A stretch of DNA of 64,000 nt, taken from assembly GCA_041660065.1 (NCBI GenBank), contig JBAZXC010000001.1:200535-264534 (forward strand). The letters run 5' to 3'. This DNA is from Parcubacteria group bacterium. GTDB lineage: Bacteria; Patescibacteriota; Minisyncoccia; Moranbacterales; GCA-2747515. The position numbers were made by a program, and so were the translations under genes. The notes beneath the pieces were generated by a model. That model did not search any database and was not told where the DNA came from. It was given only the letters and a program-made list of their open reading frames with translations. Shown piece after piece: positions 20,784 to 31,006 of the stretch. The stretch's first letter is position 1, and each line of letters begins with the position of its first letter.

Positions 20784-22487
20784 ATGTTTAGGAAAAACTT
20801 ACGCAAATTCATCTATGTGATCATTTTTTCAATTGTGATGATCGTGATCGCTTTACCGACAGTAAAATATTTGCCTGAGTCGGTGCAAGGTCGTTTTGAA
20901 AAACTGGCGGTTAATTTGGGATTGGATCTGCAAGGAGGATTGCACTTGGAATACAAACTTGATCTTTCCAATGTGCCTGATGAGAAGAAGGGTGAAGCAA
21001 AGAATGCTGTGCAAGCGGCGGCAGAACGCAAGGTCAACGCGTACGGTGTCGGTGAGCCGATCGTCTGGCTCTCTGAACGTGGTGCGGAAACGTATTTGAT
21101 GGTAGAAATCCCGGGTGTAAAAAATATTGAAGATGTAAAGAATGTTATTCAGAAAGCACCACTCTTGGAATTCAAAGAATCAAAGACCGAGGAAGAAATG
21201 GCAAAAGAAAAAACGGATATGGACGCGGCAATGGCCGAAACACTTGCGCCGATGAACGAGGAAGCGCATCAAAAGGCGATAGGGGCGTTGGAAAGAGCAA
21301 AAAATGGCGAAGACTTTGTCGCGCTAGGAAAGGAATTCAGTCAAAATCCCGATACGGCGACGGGTGAGGAAAATGTGATCGATTTTAAAAAAAGAGCTGA
21401 TCTACCTACAGAACTTGGCGATGCGCTTTTTTCTGATAACCTAAGTGATGGATCGGTCTATCCCAACCTGATCGAAACCGATCAGGGATGGTTTATCATC
21501 AAAAAATTAGAGATGCGCGGTGAAGGTGATGAGCGAGAGGTGAGGGCACAATACATTCCTTTTGGCAAAGTTTCAATACCGGTTGAGCCGTATAAAACAA
21601 CCGGATTGACGGGAGAATTCCTCGAACGTGCAGACGTGAATATGCAAAATACAATGGGTGGCGGTATTTCTGAGCCAGCCGTCCTTTTGACGTTCAATGG
21701 TGAAGGGAAAGATTTGTTTGCAGAGATCACCAAACGCAATCTCGGCAAACCGGTCGCGATCTATCTCGACAATCAGCTCATTTCTGCGCCAACAGTACAA
21801 GCAGAGATCGTGGATGGACGTGCGGAGATCACAGGGAACTTTACCGTTACGGAAGCAAAGGAATTGGCGCGACAACTCACTGAGGGCTCGTTGCCTGTGC
21901 CCTTTGAACTCGTATCACAGCAAAGTGTTGAAGCAACGCTTGGCGCGGAAGCATTGGCAAAGAGTTTGAAAGCGGGCATGTACGGACTCCTCCTTACGAT
22001 GATCTTTATGACGCTATATTATCGTCTCTTTGGCTTGATCGCGGCACTTGCCTTGTGTGTCTATACGGGAACTTTAGTGACGATCTTTAAGTTATCCAGC
22101 TATACACCCTTGTCAATCACACTCACGCTCGCCGGTATTGCCGGTATCACGTTGTCGATTGGTATGGCGGTGGACGCGAACGTCCTCATCTTTGAGCGTA
22201 TTCGCGAAGAATTGCGTTTTGGTAAACCGTTGCGACGTGCCATAGCTGAGGGATTCAAGCGTGCATGGCCGTCAATTCGTGACGGCAATGTGTCCACGAT
22301 CATTACATCGGTGATCCTCATGATGATGGGGACGAGTTTTGTCAAAGGATTTGCGCTCATCCTCATACTTGGTATTGTCGTACACATATTTACAGCAATT
22401 GTTTTGGTGCGTATTGTGCTCACATACATTTCCGGGGATTGGCTATCCAATCATTCTTGGCTCATAATGTCTAATAAGAAGAAATAA
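20784..22487 (+). CDS. secD: Protein translocase subunit SecD with an inserted parvulin-like domain
   Basis: LGLDLQGG, AIYLD...SAP and GMAVDANVLIFERIREE motifs. Confidence 0.97.
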   Translation: MFRKNLRKFIYVIIFSIVMIVIALPTVKYLPESVQGRFEKLAVNLGLDLQGGLHLEYKLDLSNVPDEKKGEAKNAVQAAAERKVNAYGVGEPIVWLSERGAETYLMVEIPGVKNIEDVKNVIQKAPLLEFKESKTEEEMAKEKTDMDAAMAETLAPMNEEAHQKAIGALERAKNGEDFVALGKEFSQNPDTATGEENVIDFKKRADLPTELGDALFSDNLSDGSVYPNLIETDQGWFIIKKLEMRGEGDEREVRAQYIPFGKVSIPVEPYKTTGLTGEFLERADVNMQNTMGGGISEPAVLLTFNGEGKDLFAEITKRNLGKPVAIYLDNQLISAPTVQAEIVDGRAEITGNFTVTEAKELARQLTEGSLPVPFELVSQQSVEATLGAEALAKSLKAGMYGLLLTMIFMTLYYRLFGLIAALALCVYTGTLVTIFKLSSYTPLSITLTLAGIAGITLSIGMAVDANVLIFERIREELRFGKPLRRAIAEGFKRAWPSIRDGNVSTIITSVILMMMGTSFVKGFALILILGIVVHIFTAIVLVRIVLTYISGDWLSNHSWLIMSNKKK

Positions 22488-22491
22488 CTAT

Positions 22492-23421
22492 ATGATCGAT
22501 TTTATTGAAAAAAGAAAATATTTCTACGCTTTTTCCGGCACACTTGCTTTTTTGAGTGTGCTTGCAATTGCACTATGGGGCCTTAAATTAGGTATTGACT
22601 TTGTGGGTGGCACAGAAATGGAGTTTAAGATCGGTGATGATGTGTCGATCACAAAAGATGTTTTGTGTGCCAAAATTGAGGGTGGGTGTGCGAGTGATTT
22701 CACTGTTTTGGAGAGTCAAAGTGAACATGGCAGAAGTATTTTTGTGCGATACAAGAGTTCTGATGAAGTTTTCAATCAAAAGGTGCTTGCCGCAGTCAAA
22801 GAAATTGATTCGACGACTGTACAGCTTAAGTCGGATTTTATCGGCGCAATGGTTTCTACACAATTGAAGTCAAATGCCGCAAAAGCGATCCTTTTTTCGA
22901 TCATTGCGATCCTTTTGTATATCGCATGGGCATTTCGCAAGATCTCAGTGCCGGTATCCTCATGGTATTACGGGATCAGTGCCGTTGTTGCATTGGCACA
23001 TGATATTCTTATCACGATCGGTGTGTTTGCATTTCTCGGGCATTTTTATGACCATGAGATCGGCGTGCCATTTATCGCGGCATTGTTGACGATTCTGGGA
23101 TATAGCATCAATGACACGATCGTGGTGTATGATCGTGTGCGTGAAAATATGCTCAAAACACGTGCCGTATCCAATTTTCATGACATGGTCAACAAATCTC
23201 TCAATGAGACGTTGGCGCGCTCGATCAATACATCAATGACGGTGATCATCGTGCTTATCCCGATGGTGTTGTTTGGCGGGGAGTCGCTGTTTAATTTTTC
23301 ATTGGCACTTCTCATTGGCGTGGCGTTCGGGACATATTCATCGATTTTTGTGGCAACTGCGCTTGTGGTGACGATTTACCACATGCAACAAAAATATCGC
23401 GAGCAGCAAGCGCGAGCGTAG
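22492..23421 (+). CDS. secF: Protein translocase subunit SecF
   Basis: LGIDFVGG, GYSINDTIVVYDRVRE and GTYSSIFVA motifs. Confidence 0.97.
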   Translation: MIDFIEKRKYFYAFSGTLAFLSVLAIALWGLKLGIDFVGGTEMEFKIGDDVSITKDVLCAKIEGGCASDFTVLESQSEHGRSIFVRYKSSDEVFNQKVLAAVKEIDSTTVQLKSDFIGAMVSTQLKSNAAKAILFSIIAILLYIAWAFRKISVPVSSWYYGISAVVALAHDILITIGVFAFLGHFYDHEIGVPFIAALLTILGYSINDTIVVYDRVRENMLKTRAVSNFHDMVNKSLNETLARSINTSMTVIIVLIPMVLFGGESLFNFSLALLIGVAFGTYSSIFVATALVVTIYHMQQKYREQQARA

Positions 23422-23456
23422 GTGCATTCTATTTGTAATATATCACAATTCATTAT

Positions 23457-23828
23457 ATGGGTATCACAGATTTTTTCAAAAAAAAGGATAAAAAAAAGAT
23501 CGATCCGATCGAAGCAAAAAAACAAGCAGAAAAGATGCTTGGCGGTAAAATGCCGGAAATCACCGACGCGATGATCGACCAAATGTTGGACGGCTCAATG
23601 CCGGGCGTACCAAAGCTTGGTCCCATGCAAAAAATGGCAATTCGCGGACTCAAGAAGATGTCCCCGGAAAAAAGACAAGAGGTGTTTGCCGAGGCATTTG
23701 GCAAAATGGGTGGCGCTGATGGAGAAAGCAAAGAAGAAATGGCAAAACAGATCGAGGAAATGCGTGCCGCCGGACAACTCAACTCCAAACAATACAAGAT
23801 CGCAAAGAAGCGTTTGGGGATCAAATAA
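23457..23828 (+). CDS. Hypothetical Met/Lys-rich helical protein
   Basis: Co-oriented ORF after secF, starts MGITDFFKKK. Confidence 0.65.
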   Translation: MGITDFFKKKDKKKIDPIEAKKQAEKMLGGKMPEITDAMIDQMLDGSMPGVPKLGPMQKMAIRGLKKMSPEKRQEVFAEAFGKMGGADGESKEEMAKQIEEMRAAGQLNSKQYKIAKKRLGIK

Positions 23829-23865
23829 TTATTTCGTTCCTTCCTTAAACACAAGAGAGGTGTCT

Positions 23866-24300
23866 ATGTTATATCGCATAATGCCGGAGAAGTTCAATCC
23901 AAAGTTAGAAGTTGCAGGCGGCTTTATTGAGTGTGGTGGTGAATTCATTTTATTGCATCGGCAAGATCATAAAGCACAAGGAGATACATGGGGGATCCCA
24001 TCTGGAAAGATTCACGACGGAGAAAATCCGCGTGATGCCGCTTGTCGTGAAACTGCAGAGGAAACTGGCGTGATAATTTCGCGAGACCATATGGGTTATT
24101 TTGCAACAGTGTATGTCAGGTATCCTGATTACGATTTTATTTATCATATATTTCACGCCAAAATAAAAAGAAAGGCTGAGATCGAGATAAATAGAAATGA
24201 ACACAAGGATGCAAAATGGGTCTCACCGCAAGATGCATTGCGCATGCCGTTGATCGGAGATCTTGGTACCTGCATAAAACTTTTTTTTCAAAATACGTAG
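23866..24300 (+). CDS. NUDIX hydrolase
   Basis: WGIPSGKIHDGENPRDAACRETAEETG Nudix box; SD GAGG; start re-assigned to ATG 23866. Confidence 0.88.
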   Translation: MLYRIMPEKFNPKLEVAGGFIECGGEFILLHRQDHKAQGDTWGIPSGKIHDGENPRDAACRETAEETGVIISRDHMGYFATVYVRYPDYDFIYHIFHAKIKRKAEIEINRNEHKDAKWVSPQDALRMPLIGDLGTCIKLFFQNT

Positions 24301-24329
24301 GACATAAAGAAGTAAAAGTTTTACGTCCA

Positions 24330-24359
24330 AAACCGATGGCAAAAAGCTATCGGTTTTTT
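24330..24359 (+). terminator. Intrinsic terminator
   Basis: aaaaccgatggc-loop-gctatcggtttt plus T run. Confidence 0.7.
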
Positions 24360-24422
24360 ATATAAACACTATTATTATTTCCACAAAATGCATCCAATTT
24401 CAATTCTGCGAGTTTACCCCCA

Positions 24423-24532
24423 TGTCATTCCCGTGAAAACGGGAATCTAGAATTCAGAATTATTATACGACAAATATTGATAGTGGATTCCCGTTCCCCG
24501 ATTTCTCGAGGACAAGCTTCACGGGAATGACA
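24423..24532. repeat. Palindromic MITE/REP-like element, copy 2
   Basis: tgtcattcccgtgaaaacgggaatct...ggattcccgttccccgatttctcgaggacaagcttcacgggaatgaca. Confidence 0.85.
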
Positions 24533-24580
24533 GTTGATCGTATGTAGAAAATTATAGCTATTCGCGGGAATCTACTAGAG

Positions 24581-24609
24581 TTGACATGATCTGAAAATTA
24601 TGCTATAAT
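24581..24609 (+). promoter_or_regulatory. sigma70 promoter of orphan gene
   Basis: Perfect TTGACA-17 bp-TATAAT with extended TG. Confidence 0.8.
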
Positions 24610-24681
24610 TAACGGTTGAAATTGTTCAACAAATCAATTGTTGTGTTATTTGAAAATATCAAATTTCAATAGGAGAAAGAT

Positions 24682-25224
24682 ATGAGAAACTATGCCACCA
24701 GCCTTTTTTCATCAAGTGCGGATGTTGTGGCCACAGCGTTGATCTTTGCACTTTCGATGGGGATACTCCTCGTCATCCTAATTACGGGAATACAAAGAAG
24801 GAAGTTGCAACGAGAGCGCGATGCCTGTTACATGGTATTAATCGATCAGTTCATCAGAAAAAGAAATCCATTGGCTGATTTGATACTCGCTGAGATTGTG
24901 AGGGTCAGTATGACCATTTTAAAAGATGATGGAGAACTGATCAAATATGCCGTAGCAAAGATCCGTGATGCAAAATGTTATCGTATCTTTACTGATAACG
25001 GAATTATTTTAGATGAATATCGAATCATGATTGGTGCGATATTGAATATTGGTGCCCAATACAAGAAAGAGGCATCTGCAGTGGAAAGTGCCAATCAGAT
25101 TTTAATCACGGCGTTTTCAGCTCACTATATTGATATGAGCCAGGGGGTTCAGGCACATCTCAATCGCGCGAGTGACATTTTAATACAAATGTCATCGATG
25201 CTGGATAATCTCAAATCAATCTAA
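24682..25224 (+). CDS. Hypothetical single-TM helical protein with weak LemA-like layout
   Basis: SD AGGAG, N-terminal TM helix, own terminator at about 25235-25272. Confidence 0.6.
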   Translation: MRNYATSLFSSSADVVATALIFALSMGILLVILITGIQRRKLQRERDACYMVLIDQFIRKRNPLADLILAEIVRVSMTILKDDGELIKYAVAKIRDAKCYRIFTDNGIILDEYRIMIGAILNIGAQYKKEASAVESANQILITAFSAHYIDMSQGVQAHLNRASDILIQMSSMLDNLKSI

Positions 25225-25350
25225 ACCTCGTCAGCGCCCACTACATGTAAATGTTGGTGGGCGTTATTTTTTTTATAGTACAATTTATGGACGAAAAACT
25301 GCTTATCTGGTATGCTATAAATACATTTTATCCGCATTTGCACACATGTT

Positions 25351-26853
25351 ATGGCAGAACTAAAGGGTATTCGCGTGCGATTTGCACCATCACCGACGGG
25401 AGAATTACATATCGGGAGTCTCCGTACAACACTGACAAATTTTCTTTTTGCCCGCAAAAATAACGGGACGTTTATCTTGCGCATTGAAGACACGGATCAG
25501 AAGCGTTTTGTCGACGGCGCAGTCGAGCGTCTGATCGATTCTTTGACATGGGCGGGTATCACGATCGATGAAGGTGTAAAGATCGATGAAAGCACGGGCG
25601 TTGTGATCGAGGATGGTCCGTGCGGGCCATATATTCAATCAAAGAGATTGGCGATCTACCAAGAACACGTTCAACAACTTATCGATAGCAAAAAAGCGTA
25701 TCATTGCTTTTGCACGTCGGAGCGTTTGCAGGAGATGCGGACATCACAACAGGCGCGCAAAGAATCCCCCAAATACGATCGACACTGCTGTGCGCTCACA
25801 CAGGAGGAAGTGCAGACAAAACTGGATGCAGGAGAAAAATACGTTGTGCGTTTCAAAATTCCGGAAGGCGTGACGACATTTGACGATCTGATCTTTGGTC
25901 ATATTGAAGTGAATAATGACACGCTGGATGATCAAGTACTTATGAAATCAGACGGATTTCCCACATATCATTTGGCGGTTGTGGTGGATGATCACTTTAT
26001 GGAGATCTCACATGTTATCCGTGCGACGGAATGGCTTGCATCGACGCCAAAACATGTCTTGCTCTATGACGCGTTCGGTTGGAAAGAGGATATGCCTGCA
26101 TTTTGTCACGTTGCGCCGATTCTCAACAAGGATCGCAAAAAACTCTCAAAAAGAGAGGGTAGTGTGAGTGTGCAGGATTTTCGCGACAAGGGGTATCCCA
26201 GAGAAGCGCTTATCAATTTCATCGCGCTTTTAGGATGGAATCCCAAGACAGAACAGGAGATCTTTACAATGGATGAACTCATCGCACAATTTGATATCGC
26301 AAAGATGAATCGCGCAGGTGGCGTTTTTGATGTCGATCGTCTCAATTGGATCTCTCGTGAACATATCAAACGCATGTCGATCGATGATCTCTATCGCGAA
26401 GGTTTACCGTTTTTGGAACAAAAGGATTTTTATAAGAATGTACAGTTGAGCAAACACAAAGAGGACTTCATCAAAAAACTTCTCACCGTAGAACAGGATC
26501 GTCTTGATACTTTTGTACAGATCGGTGAGGCAAATCAATTTTTCTTTGCGGATGAAATTGCTGTGGACAAAGATCTATTACGATGGAAAGAGAACGCTGA
26601 TGTCGACACACAGAATGTTTTAACGCAGGCGCACACGATTCTTGTAAATATCACAGAAGAAGATTGGACGCGAGAAAATCTCGAAAAGCTCCTCATGGAC
26701 GCCGCGGGAGAAAAACGCGGGGATTTCCTCTGGCCACTGCGCGCGGCACTTACCGGTGAAAAACGTTCACCGAGTCCGTTTGACTGTGCATGGGTACTAG
26801 GCAAAGAAGACACAATCGCACGTATCAGCGCAGCGCTTGCTTGTTTTGAATAG
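25351..26853 (+). CDS. gltX: Glutamate--tRNA ligase
   Basis: RFAPSPTGELHIG, LRIEDTD and KLSKR motifs. Confidence 0.98.
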   Translation: MAELKGIRVRFAPSPTGELHIGSLRTTLTNFLFARKNNGTFILRIEDTDQKRFVDGAVERLIDSLTWAGITIDEGVKIDESTGVVIEDGPCGPYIQSKRLAIYQEHVQQLIDSKKAYHCFCTSERLQEMRTSQQARKESPKYDRHCCALTQEEVQTKLDAGEKYVVRFKIPEGVTTFDDLIFGHIEVNNDTLDDQVLMKSDGFPTYHLAVVVDDHFMEISHVIRATEWLASTPKHVLLYDAFGWKEDMPAFCHVAPILNKDRKKLSKREGSVSVQDFRDKGYPREALINFIALLGWNPKTEQEIFTMDELIAQFDIAKMNRAGGVFDVDRLNWISREHIKRMSIDDLYREGLPFLEQKDFYKNVQLSKHKEDFIKKLLTVEQDRLDTFVQIGEANQFFFADEIAVDKDLLRWKENADVDTQNVLTQAHTILVNITEEDWTRENLEKLLMDAAGEKRGDFLWPLRAALTGEKRSPSPFDCAWVLGKEDTIARISAALACFE

Positions 26854-26870
26854 TCTTTTTACATGAACAT

Positions 26871-27497
26871 ATGAACACGCAACAAGAGCTCGTTGATCAT
26901 TTGGTTCATAGTGGCGTTTTGGTAACTCCTCGTATCATTGATGCGTTCAGAGATGTTGATCGCAAAGATTTTGTGCTGTCGATATATGATGCACTAGAGA
27001 TCTATGCAGATCATGCATTGCCAATCGGCTATGGGCAAACGATCTCACAACCGTTTACAGTCGCATTTATGTGTGAAATACTGCAACCACGTGCAGGTGA
27101 TCATATTTTGGATGTGGGGAGCGGTTCAGGCTGGACAACGACGCTATTGGCACATATCGTGGGGGAAACGGGTGTGGTACGAGGTGTAGAGATCATACCT
27201 GAACTTGTATCATTTGGAGCAAAAAATCTTGCAAAATATTACCATAAAAACGCATCAATCATACAAAGCAGTGATGCGTATGGGCTACCGGCATATAAAC
27301 CGTATGATAGAATTCTTGTATCCGCCGCAGGTACGCATATACCGCAAGAATTGGTTGACCAGCTTTCAGATGATGGGATCTTGGTTATGCCTGTAGAACA
27401 TGAGATCATTCGCTATAAAAAAGATGGTGGTGACATCGATCGCTATGAAGGATTCTCCTTTGTGCCACTGATCAATCCGTCAAAAAATATTTTATAA
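26871..27497 (+). CDS. pcm: Protein-L-isoaspartate O-methyltransferase
   Basis: PIGYGQTISQP, LDVGSGSGW, PYDRILVSA and FVPL motifs. Confidence 0.95.
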   Translation: MNTQQELVDHLVHSGVLVTPRIIDAFRDVDRKDFVLSIYDALEIYADHALPIGYGQTISQPFTVAFMCEILQPRAGDHILDVGSGSGWTTTLLAHIVGETGVVRGVEIIPELVSFGAKNLAKYYHKNASIIQSSDAYGLPAYKPYDRILVSAAGTHIPQELVDQLSDDGILVMPVEHEIIRYKKDGGDIDRYEGFSFVPLINPSKNIL

Positions 27498-27503
27498 AAA
27501 TTT

Positions 27504-28490
27504 ATGAATACAAAAAAGATAATCATTATGATTGGGCTAGGCATATGCGGTGTTATTATTTTGTCAGTGGTCTACATGGTATTTTTTGGTAAAAATCAAT
27601 TACAGGAAGAGAGTGTCTTTGTCGTTGGGAAAAACCAGACAGAATTGGAGATCATAGATAAAATGAAAAAACAAGAGTTGATCAAAAACAAAACGATTTT
27701 CGTGGTCACGCTCTATCTCAGAGGTAAACATCATGCGATTGCACCTGGCGGGTACAAGATGCAAAAAAATATGACCATGTGGCACGTGATCAATAAGATC
27801 ACATCTCCTCCCGATATGAAATGGGTCGTCATACGCGAAGGATTGCGGAAAGAACAAATTGGCGAATTGTTGGCGGATACTTTTGGTTGGAGCGAAGAGG
27901 ACGTTGATAAATGGAATACTGTGTATACAAAGATGGAAATTGACTATCTGGAGGGGACATATTTTCCCGATACTTATCTCATTCCTGTCGATGAAGATGG
28001 CCTGGCGGTTGCTAAACGTATGATACGTCGTTTCAATGAGCAATTTGAGCCGTATATCGGTCAATTTGCCGAGCAAAATATCAAGTGGACAACCGGTCTC
28101 ACAATGGCGTCGATCATTCAACGAGAGGCAGGCGGAAAGGATGACATGCCACTGATCGCCGGGATCTTGTGGAATCGTCTGAAACAAGATATGAATTTGG
28201 AGATCGATGCGACTGTCCAATATGCCCGAGGTAAGACAGAGGAAGGTTGGTGGGCTCCAATTACGCCGGAAGACATCACGAGGATCGATTCTCCGTACAA
28301 TACATATATGTACAAAGGGTTGCCACCGCATCCGATCTCCAATCCGGGCGTGGATGCAATCGATGCTGTCTTGCATCCTACAGAAACGGAATGCTTGTAT
28401 TATCTCCATGATCGCGATCGAGAGATCCATTGTGCAAAAACATATGAAGAACACAAAGAAAATATTGAGAAATATTTGCAGCGTTTATAA
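27504..28490 (+). CDS. mltG: Endolytic transglycosylase MltG (YceG family)
   Basis: EGTYFPDTY, ASIIQRE, NRL...DAT and SPYNTY...GLPPHPISNPG motifs. Confidence 0.94.
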   Translation: MNTKKIIIMIGLGICGVIILSVVYMVFFGKNQLQEESVFVVGKNQTELEIIDKMKKQELIKNKTIFVVTLYLRGKHHAIAPGGYKMQKNMTMWHVINKITSPPDMKWVVIREGLRKEQIGELLADTFGWSEEDVDKWNTVYTKMEIDYLEGTYFPDTYLIPVDEDGLAVAKRMIRRFNEQFEPYIGQFAEQNIKWTTGLTMASIIQREAGGKDDMPLIAGILWNRLKQDMNLEIDATVQYARGKTEEGWWAPITPEDITRIDSPYNTYMYKGLPPHPISNPGVDAIDAVLHPTETECLYYLHDRDREIHCAKTYEEHKENIEKYLQRL

Positions 28491-28621
28491 AAACATTTTT
28501 CTTTATGTTTTTACGCCTTTCTTTTTATTATTTATTCTGATAGACTTGAGGTGTAAAATTGTACCGCAAAATTTCATAAAAAAGAGGTAAAAAATCGTTT
28601 CTTATCAGTAAACGGTATGTT

Positions 28622-29104
28622 ATGGGTAAAGCCATTGGGGTTATGTTTATGTGGTTGATGCTGTCGGTGCATACGGTCACTGCTGCGCCGGCACCTTGGG
28701 GATTGGCTTTGAATATGGAAACCAAAGAGTGCGCCGGCTATTGGGCGGGAGATGAGTTTGTGGCCTATCATTTACCGGAGGGATGGAAGGCGTATTATCC
28801 AACGTACGATGCAGATAGCAATAGTTTGTGGAGCACAATAACGACCGATGCGGGAGAATGTGCTTTTCAGATGCGCAAAGAGGAGGCATGTTGTATGGAG
28901 TTGGGTTATGCATTCGTATCACGCAATATCGGGGAAGGGCACATGGAAAAATTGCGTGATCGGGAAGAATTTCAAAATGCGATGCAAAAACACGGAAATA
29001 ATTTACCCGTGATTTTTTTTGATGTTTTAATATGTGCAGGCATTTTTACAGTAGTAGGAATTTCTATGAGAAAATCAAAAAACAAAAAAGAACAGCATCT
29101 GTAA
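28622..29104 (+). CDS. Hypothetical secreted Cys-containing protein with C-terminal membrane anchor
   Basis: Signal peptide, C-terminal hydrophobic stretch and basic tail. Confidence 0.65.
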   Translation: MGKAIGVMFMWLMLSVHTVTAAPAPWGLALNMETKECAGYWAGDEFVAYHLPEGWKAYYPTYDADSNSLWSTITTDAGECAFQMRKEEACCMELGYAFVSRNIGEGHMEKLRDREEFQNAMQKHGNNLPVIFFDVLICAGIFTVVGISMRKSKNKKEQHL

Positions 29105-29141
29105 ATATTATAAAATATTATTTTTTAAACATACAATAAAT

Positions 29142-29801
29142 ATGAGAAAGAAATTCGCGTACATAGTACTTCTCTTATGTGTTGCACTTGTGACATGTGG
29201 CTGTGCCAAAGAAAGAAAAGAAAGCACTGTCCCGGGAGTATCACAGACAGCGCAAGAAACATCTCCCGTGCAAGATGCCTCGAGCACTCCATGCAAAAAA
29301 GAAAGTGTGACACTTCCAAATTATGGCGACCCGGGCAAACGTCTCAATAATTGTTTTGTAGAGTATCCCGGAGAGCCAACGCGAGAAGATAAAAGCTATT
29401 ATATCGTAGAAGATATTTGCGGACAGTTCACCAAGGAGTTTGTGGAAAATGTATCAGGAAAAAGATTGACAAAGATCGCACCTCCGGAAATTGCATCGCT
29501 CAATAATTGCACATATTACTTTGATGAAAAAGAATATGTCATGCTAAATCTCGAGTATCTCGCTATCGAAAATCAAAAGACGGGAAATGAATATGCCGGA
29601 TATACAGTGGCAACAAATGCAAAAATCCCAATGGAGAATTATGTCGTGACGCAAAAAGATGGTGTGATCAATGTTATCTATCTTGTTCTTGGACCACAAA
29701 AGTTTATTTCATTGCGACCGAGTTCAAAAAATACGTTTACCACTGATCAATTTGTAGACTTCGCAGTACGTGTCGCCGATGCGATCAAAAATTATAAATG
29801 A
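29142..29801 (+). CDS. Hypothetical lipoprotein
   Basis: Lipobox TCGC after a hydrophobic signal peptide. Confidence 0.7.
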   Translation: MRKKFAYIVLLLCVALVTCGCAKERKESTVPGVSQTAQETSPVQDASSTPCKKESVTLPNYGDPGKRLNNCFVEYPGEPTREDKSYYIVEDICGQFTKEFVENVSGKRLTKIAPPEIASLNNCTYYFDEKEYVMLNLEYLAIENQKTGNEYAGYTVATNAKIPMENYVVTQKDGVINVIYLVLGPQKFISLRPSSKNTFTTDQFVDFAVRVADAIKNYK

Positions 29802-29841
29802 CGAATTCGGTAAAAAAATAATTTTTTAATGAAAAATTTCT

Positions 29842-30933
29842 ATGAAAAAACGTCAATACATTTATCCGCTTGCTGTGATATCTTTGACGGTGCTCTGCGG
29901 ATGTGCGATTACAACGTCGCCAACACAGAAAGACAAAAATGATGTCACAAATGATCTGACGGATCGTGAAAAGATGGACGATACCACTGCATACAAGAAA
30001 CTTTATGATCCACCAGAGGGCGGTGATCAAAAAAACATCGGCAAGATCATTTTCGCATCAGATCTCGGCAGTACCACAAATGCGGATTATGACCTGTACA
30101 CGATAAATCCTGATGGTACAGAGAAGACGCGTCTGACAACAGTTGAAGGCTTCATCGATCACCCTGCATGGTCACCGGAACATTCACGGATCGCATACAG
30201 CGCGCATGTGGATGAATATAACACGGAGAAGATCTTTATCATGACTGTCGATGGTAGCGAGAAAAGGCAATTGACTTTTGGCAAAAGTCGCGACAAGTTT
30301 CCCACATGGTCCCCGGACGGAAAATATATCGCATACATTGCTTACACGGACAATACGCCAAATTTGTTTGTCTTGGACATCTATGGGGAAAATCAGAAGC
30401 AATTGACGTTTGTAGATAAAGGAGAAACAGCTTTGTGGCCAACATGGTCCCCGGATGGAAGCGTGATCGGTTATTCATATAACAAGGCTGGCGATGAGAT
30501 AGACTTTCGTCTTCGAACCATACGTCCTGACGGCACGGACATGCGAGAGATCATTTCTTCAAACGATCCCGATGTGAGCGATCATGAACCCGCTTGGTCA
30601 CCGGATGGTAAAACGCTATATTTCCTTTCCAATCGGAGTAGCCAAATGGAAATTTGGAAGATGGACTATGATAAATATTTGCAACTTATCACAACACACG
30701 AAGAAATTGATGACAAAAATGTAAACCTTACACAGGTTTCTCATCTGGCAAGTGTCAATGTAAACCCTGATCATCGACCGAGAGTGTCACCGGATGGAAA
30801 GAAAATTGTTTTTTATGGTGTTGGTAGCGATTGGCACAATATCGGCACCAATCTCTACATCATAAATGTTGATGGAACGGGTTTGACAAATATTACAAAA
30901 TCCATTGATGGAAATGAGTGGCCAAATTGGTAA
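29842..30933 (+). CDS. TolB-like beta-propeller (PD40 repeat) lipoprotein
   Basis: Lipobox LCGC; repeated PxWSPDG motifs. Confidence 0.88.
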   Translation: MKKRQYIYPLAVISLTVLCGCAITTSPTQKDKNDVTNDLTDREKMDDTTAYKKLYDPPEGGDQKNIGKIIFASDLGSTTNADYDLYTINPDGTEKTRLTTVEGFIDHPAWSPEHSRIAYSAHVDEYNTEKIFIMTVDGSEKRQLTFGKSRDKFPTWSPDGKYIAYIAYTDNTPNLFVLDIYGENQKQLTFVDKGETALWPTWSPDGSVIGYSYNKAGDEIDFRLRTIRPDGTDMREIISSNDPDVSDHEPAWSPDGKTLYFLSNRSSQMEIWKMDYDKYLQLITTHEEIDDKNVNLTQVSHLASVNVNPDHRPRVSPDGKKIVFYGVGSDWHNIGTNLYIINVDGTGLTNITKSIDGNEWPNW

Positions 30934-31006
30934 TTATTAAATGATAGTATGCATGAAAAAAAGTAAAGCACTACATAAATAATTATAATTAATAATACAT
31001 AGCTAT

